From the NCBI RefSeq assembly GCF_947568905.1, contig NC_079167.1:33170001-33234000 (forward strand): a stretch of DNA of 64,000 nt. Direction: 5' to 3'. Source of the stretch: Ostrea edulis. Lineage: Eukaryota. The position numbers and the translations under genes were made by a program. How positions within the stretch are numbered: the first letter of the stretch is position 1; each line of letters starts with the position of its first letter. Below the pieces are notes generated by a model. It had not been told where the DNA came from, made no database searches, and saw nothing but the letters and a program-made list of their open reading frames with translations. Of this stretch, positions 40,301 to 52,300 are shown in pieces.

Positions 40301-43300
40301 GCCTGTCAGCAGGCCCTGAAGATTGACCAAGCACTGTCCCAGTACCTGGGAGAGGCCAGGGATCTCCCTGTCGAGGACGGTCAGTATCGTACATAAACTA
40401 AACAGGTCTTGTTGACTTCCTAGTTTTACTGAATTTCTGGAGTAAAACACCGAGTTTGTCTGTTTACGAGACCTTTGTTCTGAATGTTTTAGCTCTGGAA
40501 CGCCTTGCTGCAGTTCCGGTTAAGAAATGTCCAAATTGTGGAATGGATATGGCTTTAAAGACAAGAAAGACTGGCGGGTAAGGATATGTTCTTATTTTTT
40601 TTAATATATAATTTATTCAGTTTTTGTCACATACATACATATACTACCCTCTCACACTGATTCATTCATTCTTTAATAGAATTATCAAATCTGTGGATAC
40701 TTGCTGTACAAAAAACAACAAAAACAACAAAAAATAAACACAAGTGAAAAGTATCTAATAAAAAACTAATCAGTAAAAAAAAAAGGTTATATTCTTAATT
40801 ATGCTGTGTACTGTAATGTTATTTGACCTTGTTCTAAAGATTACCATGTGCTGTATTGTTATGAAAATTTGACCTTGACCTGTGAACTCTATTGTGTTAA
40901 ATCTAGGATCTAGAGAGGGCACACATATCATATGTTCAAAAGGGCACTTTTCGTTGCGGCAAGACAATTTCGGGGCACTTTCATTGTATCATACTATGAT
41001 AGTAATAGAATAATCATTTAGCCTCTTTAAAAGTTAATATACCTGCTGCCTTGATTTTAAAGTTTTCAATCAACCTTGTGAAAGAAAGAACAATTGTTTA
41101 TATTAACAAATATTTTAAAAAATTTATAGAGAAAAAAGGGCATGGTGCAATGAAAAAGGGCATGGCGTGGTGCCTTACTAGTTTGCTTTAGATTTAACAC
41201 TATAAATTGATCACACACTGCTGTACAATGTAGATTTCATCACAGGTTTTACATTGGTTGCCTTGGATTTCCATCCTGTCGTTCAGCTATTTGGTTACCC
41301 GACTTTGTTCTGGATGCCAGTGTCAGTGATGTTAAATGTGAAGATGTGAGTCGATGGCTATTTTTGTTAACATGCTCAAAAATATTCGTGTTTTATGACT
41401 GGAATGAAAGATTCTGTCTGTTGCAAAAGAATGTAAATTGAGCAGACTCTAGGGCTGTTCCAGTAAAACATATATGGGACGGGGGGAAGGCACTTGAAAA
41501 TTAGGGTGACCACCTATAGAAGTGATTTTGGTACACTCCTTCCTATCCACCTATAGAGGCAAATAATGAAGCTTTATAGGCACTTATAAAAGCAAATTGA
41601 TTTATTCGAAAAGTAGAATTTAAAATATTCCCAAATAATTTTTTTTTTCCATCATTCAGCTCAAAATATTTTTTTATTTTGATATCAACTTTATTTCAGT
41701 ATTCAATACATGCAATTCCCTTTCAAGCATAATTTACAGAATGCCAAGATTGCCTCTGTCAATCGTGTGTTCCTGATTATTTTCTCACAGATTACCCTGG
41801 TATATGGTTTGGTAAAATAACCCCATGAAAGCAATTTTTGTGCAAAAGTCACCCACCGTAAATATCCCATCAATGTGAACCACCCATAGATTTTTAAAAA
41901 AAAAAAATATGCCTTCCCCTGGTGGTACCTCATGTTTAAATGCAACAGCCCTGTGGGCATTCACATGTCACAATACATGAGCTGTTGATGTGGGCATTCA
42001 CATGTCACAACACATAAGCTGTTGATGTGGGCATTCACATGTCACAATACATAAGCTGTTGATGTGGGCATTCACATGTCACAATACATAAGCTGTTGGT
42101 GGGGGCATTCATATGTCACATCACATAAGCTGTTGGTGGGGGCATTCATATGTCACATCACATAAGCTGTTGGTGGGGGCATTCATATGTCACATCACAT
42201 AAGCTGTTGGTGGGGGCATTCATATGTCACATCACATCTTTTACATACTCCTCTTAAAACTGGAATGCATGTAATGCCCAGATAATGGAAGTCTCTAATG
42301 CCCAAAGTTTGTTATATGTGTCACAGCATATTCACTGTATAGCGTATATTCAACATCGTCTATTTATAGTAACATTCTATCCTGCTTCATTTCTGTGTGC
42401 TACATGTATTTAACACCTTCCAGTGTCAAGCCCAGCTGATGAACTTCAGATTTAAGATGGGATCTGTACCTCCAATGCTTCCTTTAGAGTGAGTTTCATG
42501 TGCAGTTTGTCTAAATAACGAGTTTGATAGATTTGAACGGTACTTAAACTTTACCCTGTGAGAGATTGACACATTTGGAGAAAATTGTGCTGAAGCTGTG
42601 TTTGCTGTTTTGTAGATACACAGGATGTGTTGCTGGATGTGATGACTTACTCTCGGAATCTCTACAAATTAACAAATCAGGTAAATGGAGGAGTTACTGG
42701 TTGTGATAATGTACTTTGTGGATAGCCATGAATTAAGAAACCGGATATAACTGACTGTTGCAAAAGTTTTTGTTCTTCAAAGTTTCAGTAACCCTAAATT
42801 GAAACTATGGGAAGGGGGCGGATGTTTATTGTTTTTAGACTGTTTGTCAGCAGCTTTGACCCCAATCAAAATATTTAACAAGATGGATACTAGATACTTG
42901 ATGAACTGAAATGTCAAGGTCAAAGCTATTTGACTAATAGTGGTCAAGGTGAAATTTGACCCTTCTTTCAAGCATAGTGTTTCACAAACATGTCTTGTTA
43001 TATGAATTTGTAGGTAGAGGAATTGTAAAGTAGATCCACTGCTAATGGAATGTTTTCTTTTAGCCCCCCTCTCTAGTCAGAGACCACCACAGCAAATGGC
43101 AGGAAGTCAGAGACTACCACAGCAAGCGGCTACAAGTCAGAACAGACAAGATCAGAGGTCATCGTGGTCAGATGCCCAGGATTCTCAGCGAGTGCCTCTG
43201 ATGACTGTCCAGCCATTCAACAGACAGACAAACCATCAAGACAGTGGACATAGTGGACAGGACATTGTGTGTAACTGTGGGACAAATGCAATCCTCCTTA

Positions 43301-46300
43301 CGGTCAAAAAGGAGGGGCCAAATCAAGGTAAAAACAACAGGAGGGGCCTAATGTAGGTAAAAACAACAGGAGGGGTCTAATGTAGGTAAAAACAACAGGA
43401 GGGGTCTAATGTATGTCAAACAGTGGGAGGGGCTTAATCAAGGTAAAGAAACCAACAGGAGGCATATTATGTAGGTTAAAAACAATGGTAGGGGTCTAAT
43501 CAAGGTAAAAACAAGAATACAAGGGCCCTGATCTAGGTAAAACAACAACAGGAGGGGCCTAATCAAGGTAAAACATAAAAGGCCGGCAATTGGGTATAAA
43601 AGCAGCCAATCAGTGAAAATGGTGGAATATATGAATTTTCTGGTCACATTCAGATTGCAGCACTTATTTTGCAAATATAAAGATTAAGCTGTTGTACTGA
43701 AATTTTAAAATGGGTATGCTTGTTCCCCTCATAACTGTGCATATATTGGCCATATCTATTTAAGATATAAATTCTCATGAAGTTTTAATTTTGGCCTAAA
43801 AAATCTGAAGCAGGGCTAAATTTGTATTTCAAACTAGAGATTGGCAGTTTGTGGGTGTGATTATCTTTTGTTATTGTTTACACCAGATGTTGACTCACAT
43901 ATTGCATGAGCATGCTTATCTAGTTCTAGAAATGAGGGATATATTGCACCAAAGGAAACCTGTAATCAAATCACTGTATAACATGGAAAAAAAGTACTTA
44001 CTCATATATCATTGGTAAATCCAGATTTTATTTTTTAATTATATATAATCACATTCCTTTAAAAAAATTGGTTAACTTTATAAAAATAACTCATTATGAC
44101 TGTTCAGTCTGATCACTGTTTCAGAGTTTTGCTGGATTGCTGGTACCTTTTCTCGAATAATGTCAAGCATGATGTTTGTCTGATTAAGCAACAATCTCCT
44201 AGGCCAGTTGTGTAACTCCCATTGTCTCTCCCTAATGATGACAAATTTCCAATTGATCAACCATCACTCTAAAATTACTCTCAACCTGCATGGACTCTTT
44301 CGTGTGAACATTACAATGTCAAAAGAGACAATCACAAATAGTAGGTCTCCAAATATCATATAAATGGACAAAGTGTTTCTTAATAATCCTTCAATGCATA
44401 TGTCCGCCATTCCACAGCTACAATTCCCCCCCCCCCCCCCCAAATTCTTCTCATAATTGAAAGGTACCAAGAGGAAAATCATAAGTATTAGTATATCATA
44501 TATACCAATATTTGTGTATATTATCAAAAAACTACATGTTTTAAAAGACATGGATAAAACAATGATGAATTCATTTTGTAGTTCCTAGGGTGAAGTTTTG
44601 TTAAAGTAAAAACATATCCTTTCAGTGCCTCACAGATCCAGCAGAGTGGTAGAAAAATGGGGAAAACTTAATAGTTTATTTTGATAAATCATGCCAGTCT
44701 CCCTGTTCAAACTATCGTCTGCTACAGAGCACGTGTAGAGACAAGCATCAGACTGCTGCTTATTCTGATAACACTGCTAAGCCCTGCCCTCTTGCCATAT
44801 ATGCTTAATTGCTGCAGGGGTGTAAATTTTTCTAGGTTACTCCTGGCCTTTAACAAGGGGCCCTAATTAAAATATAAACAACAGGAGGAATCTAATCAAC
44901 CTATAAACCACTACAGAAAAACTATTTAGAGTCATGATACAATTTATCAGGACCCTGCCATATGGCAGTTACCCTATAGTAATCACTCTGTCCATCCGTC
45001 CATCCATCTGTCTGGCAGCACTTTCTATGGTACACAATAACCTGAAGTTTTCTTGTGAAGATTTTTATAAATTTTATACATGATATTTGGATTAGGAAGA
45101 GAAAGACCATTTTAATTTTCAGATTTATTGGTTTTTGTTGTTACGGAGTTATGGGACTTAGTATTTTCATTGCAGGGCCCTTTCTGACTTGTCATTTTTC
45201 TAGTTTATGATGTCAGTTTTCTAGCTTATGACAGTAGTTTATGTTGTCAGTTTTCTAGTTTATGACATTAGCTTATATTGTCAGATTTCTAGTTTATGAC
45301 AGCAGTTTATGTTGTCAGTTTTCTAGTTTATGACAATAGTTTATATTGTCAGATTTCTAGTTTATGACAGTAATTTATATTGTCAGATTTCTAGTTTATG
45401 ACAGTAATTTATATTGTCAGATTTCTAGTTTATGACAGTAGTTTATGTTGTCAGTTTTCTAGTTTATGACAGTAGTTTATGTTGTCAGTTTTCTAGTTTA
45501 TAACAGTAATTTATATTGTCAGATTTCTAGTTTATGACAGTAATTTATATTGTCAGATTTCTAGTTTATGACAGTAGTTTATGTTGTCAGATTTCTAGTT
45601 TATGACAGTAGTTTATATTGTCAGATTTCTAGTTTATGACAGTAGTTTATGTTGTCAGATTTCTAGTTTATAACAGTAATTTATATTGTCAGATTTCTAG
45701 TTTATGACAGTAATTTATGTTGTCAGATTTCTAGTTTATGACAGTAGTTTATGTTGTCAGATTTCTAGTTTATGACAGTAATTTATATTGTCAGATTTCT
45801 AGTTTATGACAGTAATTTATATTGTCAGATTTCTAGTTTATGACAGTAATTTATATTGTCAGATTTCTAGTTTATGACAGTGATTTATATTGTCAGATTT
45901 CTAGTTTATGACTAATTTATATTGTCAGATTTTTAGTTTATGACAGTAATTTATATTGTCAGATTTCTAGTTTATGACAGTAATTTATGTTGTCAGATTT
46001 CTAGTTTATGACTAATTTATATTGTCAGATTTTTAGTTTATGACAGTAATTTATATTGTTTGATTTCTAGTTTATGACAGTAATTTATGTTGTCAGATTT
46101 CTAGTTTATGACAGTGAAATAAATTCTTGACATTGGTGTTAGTTATTTATATTGTCAGTCTCAATGTATGTATTGATTTAGTCCTAGAATTTAAACAAAA
46201 TGTTGACCTTTCGTTATGTTAACAATTTGTTATGTTGACCTTTGCTCTGCTGACCTTTTATGTTGACCTTTATGTTGACCTTTTGTTATGTTACACATTT

Positions 46301-49300
46301 TGTTTGTACATGTATTTAAAATTCCCACTATTACTAGTACTGTCTTAAAATTCTTCTGTCAAAGAAATTTTTTAGCATACCATTTTAGACCCTTGATTGT
46401 TTAGAAAACCATGACAGTTTGTGGAGGATTGCATACAACATATCCAATTTAATTTACTGGTGACAGATTTGAGAAATAGTTTTTGATTTGTAGGGAGGCA
46501 GTTCTACAAGTGTGGGAGCTCAGGCTGTAACTTCTTCCTGTGGGCCGATGAATCTCAGAATCAGCTTACAACCAACAACCGCAGACCCCCAGGGGGTGGG
46601 GGAGGGTAAGGCCAGAATAAATGCTCTGGATTTAAAGTTCATTCACATGTTTTAGGGAATAATTTTGAGAGCATATATGCATGTAAAATTAAAGACTGGC
46701 TTTGATGTTTTGTAGGTTCAATAATCAAAATTCAGACATGGAATTGAACTGCAACTGTGGAGCTCCTGCTAAGCTGTAAGTTATTTTTAGCAGAAAGGAC
46801 TAAATTTTGTCTTTGATAAGGGCTCTATTTACTCACCCATATCAATATTTGTTTTAAAAGTGTATTTTGTGCAAGAATCTGAATTCAAGCTGGTTGTTAT
46901 TTTCAATTTGATCAAAATGATGTTGAACAAATATGTTTTCCTGCCATTTTCGATATTTTGATGTAAAATGGCTATTTTTGCATGCAGTTTTTCTTCTAGA
47001 AAACATCAAGTGCAGACTTTGACAAACTTTATATTTAAACCACGATCTATTCAGTTCACATATATGATAGAAAAACTTTATATTTACACCAAAGATTGAT
47101 CTATTCAGTACACATAATAATAGTACCATATTTATATAGCACCCTTTTCATACACTATGTACGCTCAAATATATGATAGAAAAACTTTGCTTCTCCAAAG
47201 CTGCGTCCTGTATTTTCTAAAAGAAAAAAGTTCATAAAAATTAGCGTTTTATATGTAAATGAACTTGATAAGAATTGAAAAATTGCATCACTTTATATGT
47301 TATGTAATCTATGTGACTAGTTAAAGACAAATGATGTGAAACTACATCCATGTGACTGTAAATAAAGACAAATGATGTGAAACAGCATTGGATATGATCT
47401 CTTTATGAAATAAAAGATTTAGTCTTTATTGTTTTACATGATGAATAAATATCTAATATTAGACATGCTTCACTGTACACATACGGGGTCGGAGGGATTT
47501 TCCTGTGAAGGTGGGGGTGAGACGTCTTTTATTGTCAGTTTAGGCTGTAAGAGAACCGGGGTCGGAGGGATTTTCCTGTGAAGGTGGGGGTGAGACATCT
47601 TTTATTGTCGTTTTAGGCTGAGAGTGACCAGAGACGGTCCCAACAAAGATCGAGAGTTTTACTCGTGTTCCAAACCAAGAGGACAAGGCTGCGATTTCTT
47701 CCAGTGGGCAGATGTTTCAGGTATATTTCATGATAGTAATATTGATAGAAATTGACATTACAACTTCTTTAACTACAATTATAAAAATTGGGTTCCATAT
47801 GAAATCTCAAATACCATTTGAGGGCACCAAGTCATATTAGCAGCAAAAGAATCTCTAGGACTAAAGGATAACTGTCATTGGTTCAAAGGTCACTAGGTCA
47901 AGAAATAGTCCCTGGATATCTGAAGTTTTGTTCTGAGCTTAATTATGAACTTCTTGACCCCTGTGGGGGCCTCCATGGCCGAGTGGTTAGAGCATCGTGC
48001 TCAAAATCACATGGCCTCTCACCTCTGTCGGCGCGGGTTCGAATCCCACTCGCGCTGGTAGGTGAGAAAATTTCCCAGTTTACTTTCAAAAGGTCGGTGG
48101 TCTCTTCCCAGGTACATTGTACCGGGGTTCTCTCTTCCACCAATAAAAATTGGGCGCCACCAGATAACTGAAAAATTGTTGGATGTGCGCAGTAAACATC
48201 AATCAATGAAGACCCCCATTTGTTTTTTAGGTCCAAAGGTCGTGTTCACACATTGTATTTTAAATATGATATAGGCTTTAGTTATGAACCTCTATTTAAC
48301 TAAAACATTACCCTGTTGTTTTTGGTCAAAGGTCAAGGTCACCAATTTAATAGCAAGTGATTTCTGGACAATATTAGTAGTTTTATTATCACAAACTCAT
48401 GGGAAATTGATTTCCGGACAATATCAGTAGTATTATTTGAGATTAGATAATGAAACATATAATTTGGGGATATAAATTCACTGAATTTACTTGTTATGTT
48501 TGGTGTCAGGCTTCTCTTAAAACCACACTGGATACCTTGAAATACATTATCAGATCTCCTGTGGATGTACTTCTTGTTTATATTTAGCATGTTCTTTTCA
48601 TTGTAACAATGATTTTTTGTGTGTGGTTTCCCATGAAATGCTTTTCAGAAGTAGGGTAGGTAGGTCAGGGTTTTTTTTTATGAACGACGTATTAAAAAGT
48701 CTGCAACTCCAGTTGATATTCAATGATAAATAAAAAATATGCATGATACTCTGATGCTGAAATATTGTGTAAATGTCACTCAAAACTATTATACCAATAT
48801 GATTTTTGTCATCTTATTTTGGGGGGTAAACCAAGGGTAGATAATTCAATCACAATAACTGGATCCTGATTCCGAGCTTGAATTAAAAATTAGGGACAGG
48901 AATTGAAAAGTAGGGTAGGTTGGGAAACTTTTATTGTTTTTTTATGCCTAATAATATCTATACAATTGTAATTCACACTACACACTGCATATTTTTTCTT
49001 TTTCCATGAAAAAAAATTTGACAGATGAAAACAGCGGAAGAAATTTTGGAGGAGGGGGGTATGTCTCATGCATAACAATCAGAGTTTTTTTTTTATCTTG
49101 CTTATATCAGCTATAAGCAGGTATAATTACTAATGGATTTTGCTGTGTTTATCTCTATAGATTTCAAGGAAACCAAAATGTTGGAAACTCAGACATCCAG
49201 TGTAAATGTGCAGACCCAGCCAAAATGTAAGTGTATATGTATACCCAAGGTCACCTGACCCAGCCAAAATGTAAGTATCTGTATACCCAAGGTCACCTGA

Positions 49301-52300
49301 CCCAGCCAAAATGTAAGTATTAAGTATCTGTATACTTAATGAAGGTCACCTCACGATGAAAAATGTTTCTTTTTACACTTTTTAAAACACATTTCTGGGC
49401 GAAAGAAATGAAGAAGAAAAGTGAATTTCAAGACTGGGTGCAATGGTGCATCCTTTTGGGCTCAAAGGCTGGGTTAGAATTTTTTAAGAATAGTGCAAGG
49501 TGTAAACAAAAATTATTCTTGGATATCCAGCAGAGAAACTGTACAGTTGCAATATAATGAGGAAGATGTTCTAATCCAAAATCAAGAAATTCATGTACTG
49601 GCTCTTATTGCATTTGAGAGCCGTATTGATCCAAAATTATCTTTAGACTACCTAACAATGAGAAAAGGACCACATAATTTTAGCTTTGTAGGTAAAGATT
49701 GTAAAACTTGATGCTTTATGGTCAGGTGATTTTTAATTGCTGATCAACCTCTTCTTTTTCAAATAGAAGACTACAAAATTATAATTTTCTCATGGAAAAA
49801 TGCAATATTTAGGAATATGTCATTAAATGCAGGTTGACAGTCAACAAAGAGGGTCCTAATAAGGGTCGTCCATTTTACGCCTGTGCCAAGCCCAGGGGTC
49901 AAGGTTGTGATTTCTTTCAGTGGGCAGATGTAACAGGTATATTTTATTGATGGAAATATCCTCATTTTAAGTAATTTGTTGCTTTATTTTATGTGTCCGG
50001 AAATCTTTAATTTTAATAATTGTAATAACTGGGAAATACAAAATAATTTCAGAATTTTTAGGTCACATAGGGTTAATGATCAAGTGAGCTCTTTTTATCC
50101 AAAACATGTCGTGTTTGTCAGGTGTAAACCTTTCACATTCTTCCCCAGAACCAGATGATTCAGAAATGGTGACATGTATCGATCTCCAGAACTACCTGGA
50201 GGACAAAAATAACAAACTGTATATCAATACTTAATTTAAGTTTTTCAAACACGGCGCCTGAAGACTTCGGTAAGGATATGCTAGCTTATTTATATATTTC
50301 TTCTTTTACAAAAAATGGCAGATGACAGCGGAGGAAGGCATTTAGGAGGAGGGGGGTATGTATTGTAATACGTTTAGTGGTAATGAACAGGACGATATAA
50401 ACGTACACCAGCTACAGGTTTACGTGCTCTTATTTTTATCAAGGTATTCTGTCATGTTTATCTCTGCAGATTTCAAGGAAACCAAAACGTTGGAAATTCT
50501 GACGTTCAGTGTAAGTGTGGAGACCCAGCCAAAATGTAAGTGTAGCAAGATATATACAATGGTGCTTCTTTAACGCACACATTTACCACACAGTCTTTTC
50601 ACAGTGAAACTTTCTTTGAATGCAACATGATGGAATTATTCGCTCTGAGTGCAGGTTGACAGTGAACAAAGAGGGTCCTAATAAGGGTCGTCCATTTTAC
50701 GCCTGTGCCAAACCCAGGGGTCAAGGTTGTGATTTCTTCCAGTGGGGAGATGAAAACTCAAAGGGAGGCAATCCAGGTACTAGGGAGTTGTTGCTTTACA
50801 ATATGCAGTCAACAGTCTTTTGCTGATGTTCATTTTAGAATACTTAGAATACACTTATTCATCATACAGCATTATCATTAGGGGGGGGATCTAACAATGA
50901 AAAGAAATCCTACTGGCAAAAATGTAGCAGAGATTATAAAATTGCAATTCCAGACACACTGAAAATGATACTTTTCATTATAGTAAGAAAAAATTGAGAC
51001 ACATTCCAAAGCTGTACTCAATGTTCATGATTTTTTTTTAGAATTTGTGTTAACTTCAGCTGAAAACTTTTTTTTGTAAGTTTTGAGTACCTGTAATTTT
51101 CTTCACTTGAAGGTATCGGTGAAAACAGGAAACCGTCGTCGGAAAAGAAGAGGACATCCTCCGTGTTGGACAGTGGTAATACTTCCAACAAGAAGCGGGC
51201 CGCTAGGAAATGTGGTCTTTGTGGAGAGGAAGGTGGGTGCAGTGTTCATCGAGCAGTTTTTATTGTGTGACCTTCATGAAGACACAGTAGGGGATCAAAG
51301 TTTTACATACAAATATATAGGGAAAATCTTCTCAAGAACCACTGAGCCAGACCAGCTGAGATTTACATGAAAGTTTTCTGACATGGTGCAGATTCAAGTT
51401 TGCTGAACTCATGACCCCTGGGGCTAGGATGGAGCCACAATAGGGGATCAAAGTTTTACATAACTAATAAATAGGAAAAAATCTTTCAAAACAATTTCCT
51501 TAAGATCCATTGGGCCAAAGAAGTTTGCATTTGCACGAAAGCTTCCTGATATAGTGCAGATTGAAATTAGTAAAAATCATGGTCCCCGGGGGTAAGATGG
51601 GGCTACAGTAGGGGATCAAAATTTACATCCACATGTATAGAGAAAATCATTAAATATCTTCTGAAAAATCACTGGGCCAGAAAAGTTTACATTTACATGA
51701 AAGCTTCTTGACATAGTGCAGATTCAATTTTGTAAAAATCATGGCCCCCGGGTATTACATGCGAATGTATAGGAAAAATCTTTAAATATGAGTCGAGGTG
51801 ACTCAGTGAGCGATGTGGCCCATGGGCCTCTTGTTCCTCATTTTAATTATTGTTGTATGGTATGGCATGAGGCAAATATTGATAGACTGCTTAAACAAAA
51901 GAGAGCAGCAAGGATCATTTTTACACATCAAAGTACCTCATTCAGTGTCAACTTCTTGTATGCTATCAAATTTGAGGTGGATGCCTTTGTCTAACTACAG
52001 TCAAAACTGCCATAGCGACCCACTGTATTAAGTGACTCACTGTCGTAAGTGACCATAAAAAGTTCCCCCCAAGACATTACTCTATATATTATACCTGTAT
52101 TAAACGACCACCTGTCTGACGCGACCAACGACCATGATTTTTACAACCTTGTCATGTATTTTCACGAAAATTTACCTCTATTTAACGACTGTACATTTTT
52201 CTATTACACCGCGATTACTACTTTCGATTTTGGTTGAGCCGACTATTCTGGGAATTATCGCCCCTAACACTTTCGTTTTCAAACGCACAACTATTCTGGG

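Noticed and set aside
47965-48060. tRNA-like sequence
   Set aside because: A and B boxes are present but there is no full cloverleaf, and it continues into a SINE body and tail; the same applies to 29460-29540.
48495-48530. Candidate exon after tgtcag between TOP3A exons 28 and 29
   Set aside because: It reaches an in-frame TAA within three codons; the 34-nt exon at 49025 gives the correct phase and has a paralog at 50322.
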